A stretch of 64,000 nucleotides of DNA from the human T2T-CHM13v2.0 reference genome, Homo sapiens. The position numbers were made by a program, and so were the translations under genes. Below, one piece after another: positions 28,985 through 41,660 of this stretch (position 1 is the stretch's first letter; the number at the start of each line of letters is the position of its first letter). The DNA lies in contig CP086569.2 in the NCBI GenBank assembly GCA_009914755.4, positions 2,432,001 through 2,496,000 on the forward strand, given 5' to 3'. The notes below the pieces were generated by a model. The model made no database searches, was not told where the DNA came from, and saw only the letters and a list, made by a program, of their open reading frames with translations.

Positions 28985-31710
28985 TGTTCTAAGTATTTCT
29001 TATATACACTCACTTATTTAATGCTTGTGTACCTTAATTCATGTAGCCTTCACATCTCTTCATGGGTTGGTTTTATTAGTAAATAGCATTTCAACTAACA
29101 AAATTATTACAGAATTGAAAAAACTGAGACTCAGACAGCGAAGTAAATTGTTCAAGCTCAAGCCTGTAAGTGGCACTCAAGTGAGCCAAAGCTGAAGGGT
29201 TTACCTTCCAGAGCCTGTGTTCTTTATTCAGTACCAAGCTCCCTCTTAATGTATTTTAAGTGTTGGCATTTTAAAATATAGCAAACATCCATTGGCAGCC
29301 AAAGCACACTTGATACTTATAGTTAGAATTTGTTTGTTTATTGATGTTTGTTTAAACATCACAAAAATACAAAAATGCTTCATTTCAGTAATTCCTAAGT
29401 AAACCATACATAAAGTATCAATTCCTCTCCTGGGAGTGTGCTTCACAGAAATTCTTATAAATGTTCTCCATTGTACATGTATAAGAATGTATAAAAAAGC
29501 ACTGTTTGTAATAATTGAAACCAGTAAGTGTCCATTCATTTGTCCAACAAAAATAGAATGAAATACGCACAACAATTTTTTCTTAAAAATTCTAGTTTGG
29601 GCAGCATATACACTAAAATTAGAATGGTATGGAGAAGAATAACACTGTCCCTGGGCCAGGAGGGTATTCAAATGTGAAGTCTTTCATATTTTTGGGAGTA
29701 GAATTGTGGCTACCCTCTAGTAGGGTCAGGTGAAGAGATGAGTATTGTTATTCAAAAATTATAATATTTCATCTAGATAGAAGCAATTAGTTCAGATCTA
29801 TTGTAAAGCATGTTGAATATAGGTAATAAGAATGTATTGTATGCTTGAAAATTGCTAAGAGAATACAATTTAAATGTTCCCAGTGCAAAAGGAAAGGGAA
29901 GTATATGAGGTAGTAGATACATTAGCTTGATTTAGTCTTTCCAAAATGTATACATGCATGATGTCATAATTTTTAATAATCTGAAAACCACCAAAATGTA
30001 TTAAGCAAAAGAAGCTCCACATAATATTTTGTATTTATATTTATTCACATTGTTAAGGAAAAATGGTATTCAGTGATACTTGTTCAAACTTGATAAGGAA
30101 GACTATTCACGACCAACAGCACAGCAATGAGGTCTTGCACTGGGGGAGAGATTGGCCTTAGCTCCACATACACAGCTGGGTAGGTGGGGATTTATAGCCA
30201 AGGAGCAGGGAGTAGGGTCAATGGATGGACAATCACTAAGAGAAGACATCATAGATAAGGAGGATTCTTGCTGAAGACAGGCTAGGCTGATCAGACATCA
30301 CCTAGAGGGTGGTGGAGGATGAGAAACCTGATCAGATATTGAGGGTGATCGATCAAGTGTTGAGTGTGATCAGATATGCGGTGGGGGTACAGTCTGGCTA
30401 ACCTGGCTTAGGAGAGTTCTTTGCCAAAACTGAGTTTGGCAAGGAAGTGCACAGGCGAGTCTAGGAGAAGGTTCAGAAACCTGACTAAAGTTTGGTCAAA
30501 CAGAGAATCTGTGTCAGAGGTTCAAGAAAAGGAAAATTAATGTATGGTAATGAAGGTCAGAATGGGTGTTATTTTTGGGAGAGTGAAAAGAGTGGTTTTA
30601 AATATTACAAAGTAGTTTTGAGTCAGTGTTTAAAAGGTAATGGGCAATATACAGTTCTCATTTGGCATAAAGCTCAGATTAAGTAATATTGTCTCTGGAA
30701 TAAAGCTTTTTTTAAACCCTGAACTTTGAGAAACATGACATCCATCTCTAATATACACTCTTTTAGTGTTTGAGTTTTATTATTTAAGGTAATGTCTCTG
30801 AAAAGTTTTGAAATATTGGAAAGCTGACTTTGATACATACCATTAATTTTGACTTTTGATTTATTTTTATTGTAGAAAAATTTATTTGTAATTTATACTT
30901 TAAACTGTGGTTTACAGTTATTTGTAAACTTCTAGTTTCCTGCTTTAGCTTATGTGCAAATTTTATGAAGTCTTGGCATTACATTTTTATTTAAATCCCA
31001 TCAAATTAAACCAGTTGGGTCACCAGCCCCCGCCCTTCCATCTCCATAATCTGGGTAGTCGGCGTTCTCAACATTCCTGTTGAGAATGAAAATTCTGTAT
31101 TTTTCATTCCACAGGCTTAAAAGTTAATAGGCCATGGAAACAAGTAGATTGCCATTTTAAAAGATAGTTTTCAGAAGAAAGGCAAAATGATAAGTTTCAT
31201 AGAGATACAAAAATGACAAGGAATTAAATATTTTGTTTTACCAGAGGCATTTTATAACTAGTTGAAAGGAAATGTCAACCGTTTGGATTTATATGGAGTA
31301 AAGGAACTGAATTGCAAGTGGAGGTAAAACTGGTTTTTTCCACAGCGTGAAGGGGAGAGAAAGAAACAAGTTTGATCCTGCTTACATATCCATTCCTTAG
31401 TTACCTGCAATTTATAGACACGTACAAAGTAGCTGAAAGACCAATGAATACACGGTCTAGAGAGGACTGCTTAACACGCTGCATATAGAAGTGTGATTTT
31501 TTTTGGTACAATTTTCAAGTGTGTTTCTCATTAGAGCATTTAAAGTAAGCCACAGTGTCCGTTTGTATCAAGTTAGTACTCTGACGGCCACAAACATAGG
31601 CAGGCTCACTTCTGGATGTCTTATTTCTTTGCATGTTAATCGTGTTGACACAACTTGTCTTGAAATTAAGTTTAAAATGAAATACCAGTAAAACTGAAAT
31701 GAATAAGGCC

Positions 31711-31716
31711 TTTATT
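31711..31716 (-). terminator. SRY: SRY polyadenylation signal AATAAA
   Basis: Plus strand 'tttatt' at 31711-31716 is AATAAA on the minus strand, about 115 nt downstream of the SRY stop codon. The 3' UTR is short, consistent with the known ~0.85-kb SRY mRNA. Confidence 0.6.
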
Positions 31717-31828
31717 AGCCAGAGAAAAGAAAACAATATTGAAACTAAACATAAGAAAGTGAGGGCTGTAAGTTATCGTAAAAAGGAGCATCTAGGTAGG
31801 TCTTTGTAGCCAATGTTACCCGATTGTC

Positions 31829-32443
31829 CTACAGCTTTGTCCAGTGGCTGTAGCGGTCCCGTTGCTGCGGTGAGCTGGCTGCGTTGATGGGCGGTAAGTG
31901 GCCTAGCTGGTGCTCCATTCTTGAGTGTGTGGCTTTCGTACAGTCATCCCTGTACAACCTGTTGTCCAGTTGCACTTCGCTGCAGAGTACCGAAGCGGGA
32001 TCTGCGGGAAGCAAACTGCAATTCTTCGGCAGCATCTTCGCCTTCCGACGAGGTCGATACTTATAATTCGGGTATTTCTCTCTGTGCATGGCCTGTAATT
32101 TCTGTGCCTCCTGGAAGAATGGCCATTTTTCGGCTTCAGTAAGCATTTTCCACTGGTATCCCAGCTGCTTGCTGATCTCTGAGTTTCGCATTCTGGGATT
32201 CTCTAGAGCCATCTTGCGCCTCTGATCGCGAGACCACACGATGAATGCGTTCATGGGTCGCTTCACTCTATCCTGGACGTTGCCTTTACTGTTTTCTCCC
32301 GTTTCACACTGATACTTAGAGTTACAGCTTTCAGTGCAAAGGAAGGAAGAGCTTCTCCGGAGAGCGGGAATATTCTCTTGCACAGCTGGACTGTAATCAT
32401 CGCTGTTGAATACGCTTAACATAGCAGAAGCATATGATTGCAT
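31829..32443 (-). CDS. SRY: SRY (sex-determining region Y) complete single-exon CDS, 204 aa plus stop
   Basis: ORF-track entry 31829..32455(-) reads MFLT+[204 protein letters not shown]. This is the human SRY protein as I remember it. The first four codons start from an upstream TTG, so the true ATG is 32443..32441 (plus strand 'cat'). Stop codon TAG at 31831..31829 (plus strand 'cta'). Confidence 0.95.
   Translation of the reverse strand: MQSYASAMLSVFNSDDYSPAVQENIPALRRSSSFLCTESCNSKYQCETGENSKGNVQDRVKRPMNAFIVWSRDQRRKMALENPRMRNSEISKQLGYQWKMLTEAEKWPFFQEAQKLQAMHREKYPNYKYRPRRKAKMLPKNCSLLPADPASVLCSEVQLDNRLYRDDCTKATHSRMEHQLGHLPPINAASSPQQRDRYSHWTKL
32060..32266 (-). other. SRY: HMG-box DNA-binding domain coding segment of SRY (about residues 60-128)
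   Basis: The translated segment [76 protein letters not shown] is the canonical SRY/SOX HMG box. Coordinates are computed from the ATG at 32443. Confidence 0.8.
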
Positions 32444-32569
32444 TGTCAAAAACAAGGAGAGTGCGACAAAATTGAAAGGTGCCAGAGTTCGAAACTTATT
32501 TTACTATCCAAAACTCACTTCTACCAGATTCTTTGTTACGTTAACTTTTGTAATGAAACTTGCATTTCT

Positions 32570-32598
32570 CCGCCCTCAACACCCCCTCAACCCCGCCC
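32570..32598 (-). promoter_or_regulatory. SRY: Two GC boxes (Sp1-type GGGCGG) in the TATA-less SRY proximal promoter
   Basis: Plus strand 'ccgccc' at 32570-32575 and 'ccccgccc' at 32591-32598 are GGGCGG and GGGCGGGG on the SRY strand. They sit at about -127 and -150 relative to the ATG, just upstream of the expected TSS. Sp1 sites at about -130/-150 are described for human SRY (established knowledge). No TATA box is seen. Confidence 0.55.
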
Positions 32599-33939
32599 AA
32601 CCAGCCTACCCCCTAGTACCCTGACAATGTATTCATTCTCAAGCAAAACATGGTAATTCAGTAACGTTGACTACTTGCCCTGCTGATCTGCCTCCCTGAC
32701 TGCTCTACTGCTGTCCTGAAAAATGCGAATTTGACTTAATCGCCAATTTTTTCATTGACCTTTTATGTCACAAAACGAGAGGACACAAAAAGCTATATGA
32801 ATTGTTTATCATTATCAATATATGTGTATGTTATCTTTAAAAAAACAAAGCTTAATGAGAACCTAATTGTCTTAACCACACACATACATACATAACTGCA
32901 TATTGAATTTATAGTAATTATTATCGCTTTTTCTTCACTTCTATTTAAAAATTGAAAATTCTATACACATTTTTCACAGGCATTAAGTATCAGAATATTA
33001 GCATATACTTACAAGTATTTTATGCCCAACTTCTAGGATGGCTAACATTTGACTTTTAGAAAAGTAATTGTTTCGTTTAGAGAAAAAAAAATATGACCTA
33101 AGAACTCAAAACAGTTTCAGTGAAGTGTTAAGCTACACTAAAAAGGGGACACAATTCTTTTCTTTGCAGATTGTATAGTGGGATATTTTGAAGTCATTCT
33201 CTTCACTGTCACACAATTAGCAATTTAAAAAACAATCTTTTACAAGTCTAAATTAAATTTCCATTCACAACAAATAGAGCCATCAATTTATCATATTTCA
33301 CCTTTTAGTTCAACCTCCTTCAAAATTTAAAGGTCACAGTTTACCAGACTAAACAAGTGAATAACTCTCCTCAATAAATCTTAAAGTCTGAAGAGAAATG
33401 ACAAGATTTCTTTGCTGAAATAAAATGGGAGGAAAGTCCCCCCACTCACCAATGTTTTAATGCCATATTTGCAAAACAGGAGTAACAACTACAGGTTGCA
33501 TAGTACACAGAACCTATTAATAAAAATAAACTCTCAGCAAAACTGAATGATGCCACAATTCCTAAGACAACAAAATAAAAATCCCGTAAAATATGAAAAG
33601 AGTTCATAGAACCAAATGTGGTTGGTTTGTCCAGTAAATGTTATAATGAATTAATATCAGAAACTTTAAAAAATTATATTCCATGAAAAGAAAAATATGA
33701 AAACTGTAATTTGTATCCTAGTTATCTACTAAAGTTTAGTATCTAAGATACAAAATTTAGTATTCATTATACAAAGTGGAAATATAGTTGGCTCAAGTTA
33801 AAACATGTATCTGGATAGCAAATAAAATGGTTAAATTGCAGTCATACACAGAAACAGATTTTCTACAACAGGAAATCCCTTACAAGATGAGAAAAAACAT
33901 ACCATTTCAAAACCTGACATGAAAATAGCAAAAAATGAC

Positions 33940-34240
33940 ACAAGGCACCACATAGGTGAACCTTGAAAATGTTACACTGTGTGAAAAAGTCAGATACAAG
34001 AGGCCAGATACTGAATGATCCCATGTATATGAAATATCCAGGAAAGGCAAATGAATAGAGACTAAAACCAGATTAATGGTTGCTAAGGACTGGATGAAAG
34101 AGGTTGTGGGGAGTTACTGCTGGTGGATGCACGGTTTCTTTTGAGGATTGATAAAATATGCTCTGGAACTAGAGAGAGGTGATGGCTGCACAACATGGTG
34201 AACCAAAGAGTCAGAGAAACTGAAGTCCAAATAAGGAGTT
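33940..34240 (+). mobile_element. Ancient L1 (L1M-type) 3'-end fragment
   Basis: ccaggaaaggcaaatgaatagagactaaaaccagattaatggttgctaaggactggatgaaagaggttgtggggagttactgctggtggatgcacggtttcttttgaggattgataaaatatgctctggaactagagagaggtgatggctgcacaacatggtgaacc. Confidence 0.65.
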
Positions 34241-34654
34241 TGTTGGCAGTTTTAGAACTGTAATTAGAGAAACAGATTCCAGAAGCATCTGACATTGTGT
34301 CGTGACCGGCTGTTTTGAGAGACAGTTTTTAAAGGAAATAAGAGAAAGTTGGTACTCATTAGGTTACTTACAACCTATTATCTTAATTGGTAATGAAGGG
34401 TTATCTTAACAGTTCATGAGTTTCTACGCAAAAGTCCTTGAATCAGTGGTTTGGGTAAAAAGTCAGTTTTCACTATGAAGTCTTTTAATAAGTGGCAGCA
34501 ATTTTTGTCTGCAGAATCTGCAAGTACATTTTGCAGTCAGGCAGTTGCAAGATGGGTTTCAAAAACAAAATGTTGTTGCTATGGTTAGGTCTTGTTGCCT
34601 TCGTTCCCCGGTACTACTGAATCGTCCAGTTTAAGAGGGATAAAGTGGCGTCGC

Positions 34655-35260
34655 ACAGGAGCGAGGATGGAGAGCGGCGACTAGGCGGCTATGGAGAGGT
34701 ACAGCGTCCAGTTGCGCCCAGCCACACTGCAGGACGCCGCCCCCGCCACACTACACCTGATACCCTGCGGCCCACCACGGTGTGGCGCTTCATCACGCCT
34801 GCCATCCGCCAGGGCCCCGAGGGACTCTTAAGTGTAGTTTCGGGGCCGCAGTCTACGGGGCGACGAGGTGGCAGTGCCGTCCGGCCTCGTGGGATACGTG
34901 ATGGTGACTGAACAGGAGGAGGTGTCGATGGGGAAGCCAGACCCCTGGCGGGGTTCCGGGAGTGACAACCAAGAAGAGGAACCTCTGGAGCGGGACTTTG
35001 ACCGCTTCCTCGGAACCACTACCAGCTTCAGCCGCTTCACCCTGTAGGGCATGGGGCTTCACCCTGTGGGGCACCCTGTGGGGCTTCCTTGGCCCGGAAG
35101 CCAAACTGCGTGGGGCCTTAACTTGGCCCAGCCTCGCGGCAACGATTCACGCGCAGGTGCCCAAGGACACAGAACCAGAGCTTGAAATTCAAAGCCGCGA
35201 ACCCTTTACAGCAGTAAACCAGCTCCTTACTTTGTAGCCACTGGTTCCATCACCCCAGTA
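34655..35260 (+). pseudogene. RNASEH2CP1: Processed pseudogene of RNASEH2C (RNase H2 subunit C), intronless with a premature stop and frameshifts
   Basis: ATG at 34667 reads MESGD then TAG (stop at codon 6). It continues AAMERYSVQLRPATLQDAAPATLHLIPC, which matches RNASEH2C [34 protein letters not shown]. Shifted frames give FITPAIRQGPEGL (ORF 34645..34911) and [30 protein letters not shown] (ORF 34962..35237), matching the RNASEH2C mid and C-terminal regions. The match is continuous over about 560 bp with no introns. The segment is CpG-rich (about 45 CpG in 560 bp). Confidence 0.8.
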
Positions 35261-38200
35261 AAGGAGTTCTTCACAGCACACATTCACAAAAGATAAAGTG
35301 GTGAATTTTATATTCTTATATACATATGTCCAACCATCTATATGTTTTTAAGAAGGCAAAAAAGACCTCCCAGATGCATATATTACAGGACGGGGTGTGT
35401 GAGGAGACTCACTTGGGGGTGGCAGTCAACAAAATTTAAATAAAGACACGAGATTTTATTATTTTTCTGTCTACAGCTCCTAGGATAGTGTGTGACATGT
35501 AGTAGGTTCTCAGTATACTTCTCTGGTACTTAAATTAATGAAATGTGTAAACATGCCTCTGGGTTCAGAAAAACAAACTCAACCACTTAAAAAAAAAAAA
35601 AGGAAAAAAGTGTTGGTTCTCCTGTAAAGTAATAAACCTACATGCAAAAATAAGGATGCAGGGGGAGGCCGAGAGCATTAAATTTGCCTCTATAATATCA
35701 TATCAACACATTTTAATCTCTCAACCAGGGCTAATAATTCACTCACTGTCTCCAGGGGACTACATTAACAGTTCTTCCAATATTGGGCCTTTATATCATC
35801 AGCTAACCATATGCTTCCCTGAGCGCCTGAGTGATCCCAGTTTCTGGAACACTATTCCTTTCTCTCAAATTCAGTAAATAAAAAGTTAAAGCGCTATATT
35901 GTTTTATATGAGTACGACCTTTAAGATTCACTGATGACTATTTCTCAACAGTTGTTAAATATTTTTACATCAGTCAGGCCCACAAGCAATGTTAACTGGT
36001 AGGAAGTTAGCTGGTCCTGTCAATGTTAAATCCAAACGGGCTTAACCAACAGCAAAAGTTGCCAAACTAAGGGATTTTTTTTTGTTTTTTTAATCTTAAG
36101 GTATGGTAAGAAAAATGTTCAAAGACATTAGATTCAAATAATTTCACACAGATCCTGGTTCATTTTTATATCAGAATAAAAATGAAATGAATAATGAAAT
36201 AAAAATGAAAACTGAAGAATAGTAACTTAGATTGGTCCAATGCAATTAATTGCATTTGAGGTACATTAAGGTATTTTATGCTCATTAGTTAAATACCCTT
36301 TGTAGCCCTAATTTAATTGCTATGGTGTATGCAAACACAGTTTACCACTGCATAAAGAATAAAACCCACAACATTTTATATGAATTTATTTATTTTTTCT
36401 CCTCACAAGATGTACTTTGGTATTTCTTCAAATTCAGGGATGAATGCAGCAAAAATGTTGTGAATATTACTCCACTCATTCTCTCTAATTTTATCTCAAG
36501 ATATTCCCATCAAAGTAGAAATATATGTGGTCATAAACCATCCCCCATAAATTGTATACTAGACAGAGTTGACTATTCTAAGTCAACTTATGTGTTCATT
36601 TATCCTGCAGCTTGGCTATAGGCTGTTTTTTGAAGTCTAATGGTTGGCAGGTCACCAAAGACACAAACAACAAAAGAAAAGGTAAATAAAATGCACAAGA
36701 GCAAAATTTAAAACTTTTGTGAAAGGACACTTACAAATAAAAAGGTGTAATAGAGTAACACTAAACTTAGGATTTTTAGACTTGTGATTATTTTTGGGAC
36801 TTTAGAGTCAAATGTCCTTTCAAGATGTTGGGTTTGTTTTGTTTGCATGTTTTTTATTTTAACCATGCTAAATTCATGGGCCATATTTTCAACATCTAAT
36901 TCTCAAAAAGTTAGAATAGTCTTCTGATTTGGTAGGTAGAAGTTAATGCTCACTTTAATTGCTAGGTTCTACTGTTTCAAGACTTAATCAGATAAATCAC
37001 CTAGCAACTGATGCATTTAAACATGATCAATTTTACTGGCATCTTTTTTTCCCAGGGATAATCTAATTATTTGCCAGTGGGAGGATGAAGTAGGGTGCAG
37101 TGGGAAATAGAATGATCTCCTACCTGAGCCGAAGAACCTTACAAATGCATATCTACTACATGTAAATTAAACTATAAGTAAACAAAATAGTTTACAACTT
37201 TAAAATAATGCTGCCTGTTTTTTTCTCTAACTTCACCTGAATTATTTTTCTTTTACTTTATTATTTTGATTTTTTCAAAGTATAGGAAATTGCCTGTAAA
37301 AACAAGGTTTCATACTTGGGAAGAAATTTCTCATAGAGTGAAGCATTTTTTTTTTTTTTCAAATCAGTTGTAACTAACCGTCTTAAAATCACATTGTGGC
37401 TATCCATGCCTGAAATATGTAAACAGAAAACAGATGACATCCACAATTTTCCTTTCTTCCTTAAAACAAAGAGGTAACTTCACTCTTTCATTTACCTTCT
37501 GATGCACAAGTATGAGCTTCTCTTTTTAGTTCTTCTAATCAGCTTAGATACTACATGTTATAGCTTGTTTCTCTCCATAAAATGAAGGTCACTTTTGATC
37601 TTTTCCAGGGTCTTCCTTCAGTTCCTTTTTGTCCAAGGCTAACTACACTCCTCTTTGTCTAGTGAGCCAGCAGCTGTTTGACCAAGAACCATTTTAGGAA
37701 ACAGTTTTTAAAGATACCTCATGGAAGCATTCTGTTGTACCCTTCCGTACATTATTTTTTCTCAGTCTGTTGCATTAAGATTAGAGACTGCTTTCTTTTT
37801 ATTAATGTTTTGAAATATTTTGTTTAGTGTCCAAAGGCTTGGTCAAATCATGAATAGTTCTATTTTTCTTCTGAAAAATATTGTTCCTTTAGTGATTTAT
37901 AGTTAAGAGATATTATCCTTTAGCTGTCATACATTTCAAAAATACTTTCCTGATTTTGGACTTAAAATTGCATTTATCCTTTTTATCTTAACCTTCAAAA
38001 CAATAATATAACAATGATTATTATAATTTGTGCCCGTTTTTGCCTTCTTTGAATGACGATGGCTTTAGTATCTTACTGCTAAAAAATGTTGCTTGTTTGT
38101 AAAATAGCCTTTATGCAGAAACCTGCAGCAAGTATCCAATAACCACAACAGGAAAAATCTGAGGAATTCCGGGCTTTTCAAATTTTTGTATTACCTAGCA

Positions 38201-39092
38201 ATTATATGTTATTTGAAATTTGATTAGAAAAAGGCTAAAACAATTGTTTGAGTCTGGTAATTAAAAAGTGGTAAGTCTTTGTCTGATCTATGATGGTTAG
38301 TAGTTTGTATTTTGTGGTAAAAACAATACTTACTTTCCATTTTCAAATAATTTTAATTGTTATAAGTTATTATAAGCGTCTTGTAATTAGTTTTTACTGC
38401 CTCTCTCATAGCTTTGGTTATATCTAATTTCTCATTTATAATATCACTTACATTTGCTTTATTATATTTGTATTTAATCTATACCAGCAAGAGGGCACTT
38501 AATATTGCAAGCTTTTAAAAGAAATAGGGCTTCTTCTTTTGCTAATCCTCTTTGTAATTCCTTTTGGCTTTTTGGGAGAAGTTATTTCTACTCAAACCTT
38601 GTTCAGGTCACAAAGAAGCTACAGATGAAGAACACGAAAAAATTGTTGGTTAAAATAAAACTATAACTAGGCTTATTTACGGTGAGTAATTTCTTTTCAT
38701 GCTCCATTTAAATGTTTTTACCCTAAAGTAATGATGTAGGAGAAGTCTAAAGCAATGGTATTAATATACAAGTCCCAGTGAAAATGTGATTCATGAAACT
38801 CTTTGTTATTTTTGGCTGCATGTACATTGTTACGATTGTGATGTGAGATGAACATTTTGCATCTTTCAAAATCTTACATTAGTAGGGAGTTGCCCCCAAC
38901 CTAGGAGAGAGAAAAAGTAATATATTTTTCTCACCTGTCAACAAAGCCAATAGGTGACACACTATGATGAAAGACAGATAAACGAGAATAACACTCATAT
39001 TTATTTAGTAAATGTTTTACATGACATGAGAACCTTCAAAAATGAAGACCCAAAGAAACAGAAAGCTATGTGTTTTTGTTTGTTTGTATGTT

Positions 39093-39160
39093 TTTTTGAG
39101 GCAGAGTTTCGCTCTTTTTGCCCAGGCTGGAGTGCAATGGTGTGATCTCGGCTCACTGCC
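39093..39160 (-). mobile_element. Short Alu fragment
   Basis: ttttttgaggcagagtttcgctctttttgcccaggctggagtgcaatggtgtgatctcggctcactgc. Confidence 0.7.
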
Positions 39161-40479
39161 GAGTGGTCTTGGGTGTCCACTAGACAGGTAGATATTTGCA
39201 TCGCAATCTCCCATATCCATGGCATATATCTTGGGGAAGAAAGAATACATGCTCAGGAAGGAATGTGTAGTTAGCTGCAGGCATGACAGCCTATAATTTC
39301 TACAACAACAGGGGTTATTTGGGAGGAAACTTAACAATTAATAGATATTTCTACATAAAGAGTAATACAAAAACTAGACATTTTGGAGGTTATTTCTAGA
39401 CTCAATGTTAGCCAGATTCAGATTTTAAACTAAAGTAATTCTTGTCCCCACACTCTACCTCTAATTCAGCTGTTCCAATGTCATGTGCTGACCTCTTCTG
39501 AGATGGTCCCTGAGACTTTAGAAGGAGGCATCCAGTGCCGGACATTGTATTAATAAATTTATGTTCTAGTTTCAAGAAAAGGCCACAATGGCAATGTAAA
39601 CAATAACAAGAATTATTAACTGCTTTTGCCATTGTAAGCCCCCAGAACTAAACCAAAGAGAAAGCCAGTGGGATAAAGGGAGGGTAGGGTCAAACATTGC
39701 AGTTATCTGGCTTTTCATGTCTTGCAGGGCTACCATTATGTTGTCAGAATTATCTAGAATATATAAACAGCATTCAGTTATAATAACCTGTTGCACTGGT
39801 TCTCTATTGTGCAGCAATTAAGATATCCAGTGCTGTGCAATTTCACCAAACAGTGTATACATGAGGTATATTTCAGAGTTCTTTCAAGAAATACTTTGGA
39901 AACTTTCATTGAGAGCCTGCTGAATATTCTTAGTGAGAGCTTCTACATGCCATTAATAGGTAATGTCTTTAATGCCCAAAGATGGTGCTAAATGATCATT
40001 CCAATGAAAAATAGCTCTTGTCTAGCTATTAATCACATGTAGGAGATTAGCAGGTCTGCCAACTAAATTTGTCCATCATCCTTGGACCCATGGAGAACCT
40101 AAAGTGCAGCATTCTAGCCAACCTTGTGGTACCCAAGGACAGAGATTAGAGCCACTCATGTAATCATTCACTACCATTTGGAGCACACCAGTTTAAGCTG
40201 GATCATCAGGACCGGTCTGTAGCAAGTGAGTGCATGGCCTGCAGGATTATAATGTATTGACGCTACTCCCAGAGTAAGGGTGGGTTATGAGTCATGGGTG
40301 TGGTTCCCTTATTATTAACATAGGGGCACCAACTGAGTTAAGTGCCCTGCAGTTGGTGTCACCCGAATTTGAAGAAAACTCTCTTTATGGCAAGACTTAC
40401 GAGATTTCATAACAAAAACCATTACTTTTGAATTTTAGAATATAGGGTAGGATAGGCTAGCTATTACGCTTTTTTTATT

Positions 40480-40795
40480 ATTGTTTATTTATTTATTTAT
40501 TTATTTATTTTTTTTGAGACAAAGTCTCGCTCTGTTGCCAGGCTGGGGTGCAGCGGCGCAATCTCAGCTTACTGCAACCTCTGCCTCATGAGTTCAAATG
40601 ATTCTTCTGCCTCAGCCTCCCGAGTAACTGGGATTACAGGCACATGTCACCACGCCCAGCTAATTTTTTGTATTTTTAGTAGAGACCCAGTTTCACCATG
40701 TTGGCCAGGATGGTCTCAATCTCTTCACCCTGTGATCCGCTCGCCTTGACCTCTCGAAGGGCTGGGATTACAGGTGTGACCCACAGCACCCAGCC
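40480..40795 (-). mobile_element. Alu SINE (minus) with a (TTTA)n-rich tail
   Basis: tttatttatttatttattttttttgagacaaagtctcgctctgttgccaggctggggtgcagcggcgcaatctcagcttactgcaacctctgcctc ... ggattacaggtgtgacccacagcacccagcc. Confidence 0.9.
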
Positions 40796-41660
40796 TATTA
40801 TACATTCTTGTGTGGCATTTACTGAAATGAGTCTTATCAGTAGGTCAATTAATCACATCATCCCCTGTCATACCAGCTAATGTGCTGTTCTAATGTTGAA
40901 GAGCTTTAATGAATGCTTTTTAAGTGTTGCCAGTCGTTTTCCTGCATAGACGATGCCCACCAAGGCAGACGAGAAGTGTTGAGAAGGGTAACAAAATGCA
41001 AACCCAGCAGGCCTCTTCTGTAAGTTGTCAGCATAATGTTGAGCCCTCTGTAGGAAGAGGTTCATTTTTCCTTTCATAGGTCAGAGAAGAAGAACAGAAG
41101 ATTATGGGCCGAAATAGCAGTGTTTTGTAGGTACTTGGCAGAGCAGTTCTTTCCCATCAAACAAAATGACAGTGGAACTTTTATCTCAGTCATTATTAGA
41201 ATATTGGCAGCCTGAGGATTATGGGCTGGGAGTACATACCAAGCATTTTGCCTGAGGGGTGAAGTTATCTATAAGCAACATCAAACAACCGTATTAAACA
41301 GCTGACCAAAGGGGCTGTATTCTGGTGTCCTGGTATGTGGAACGTTTTGGCCCAAACTCCAACAGGATCAATAGAGGGCACTGTAGCTGCCCAGGGGATT
41401 CCTTACTTTCTGACAAGAAATACCCTATCTAATCTGTGGGAAGTTGCCAGTCCAGTCCATATTCAATTGTCCTATCTCTTGGCTGAAGATCTTGGGGAAT
41501 GCTGAATAACATTTGCCATTGATCTTTTACCAGCTCTGGTAGAAATATGTCTCCTCGGATCTTTTTCACAACTATGGTTGATGAACTTTTTTCTGGGGTG
41601 GTCCCAAGTCATGGGTATGGTGCCAGCTCTGTGTTTGTTTTGACTGAATTAAGATTTCTC

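Larger units (their letters stand above)
31695..32539 (-). other. SRY: Approximate SRY single-exon transcript (TSS about 96 nt upstream of the ATG; polyA site about 20 nt past AATAAA)
   Basis: The 3' end is inferred from the AATAAA at 31716..31711 on the minus strand. The 5' end comes from established knowledge that the human SRY TSS lies about 90-100 nt upstream of the ATG. No intron signals are present within the ORF. Confidence 0.55.

Noticed and set aside
29246-29671. 141-aa minus-strand ORF between the boundary and SRY (MNTLLAQGQCYSSPYHSNF...)
   Set aside because: It lies in AT-rich unique sequence with no recognisable domain, no splice or promoter context, and a composition-driven reading frame. 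SRY is the only known gene in this 5-kb interval.
31063-31084. Perfect 9-bp inverted repeat ttctcaaca-ttcc-tgttgagaa (plus an adjacent gaaaat...attttc palindrome) about 600 bp beyond the SRY polyA site
   Set aside because: It is small enough to occur by chance in 64 kb of AT-rich DNA and lies outside the transcript. There is no evidence of function.
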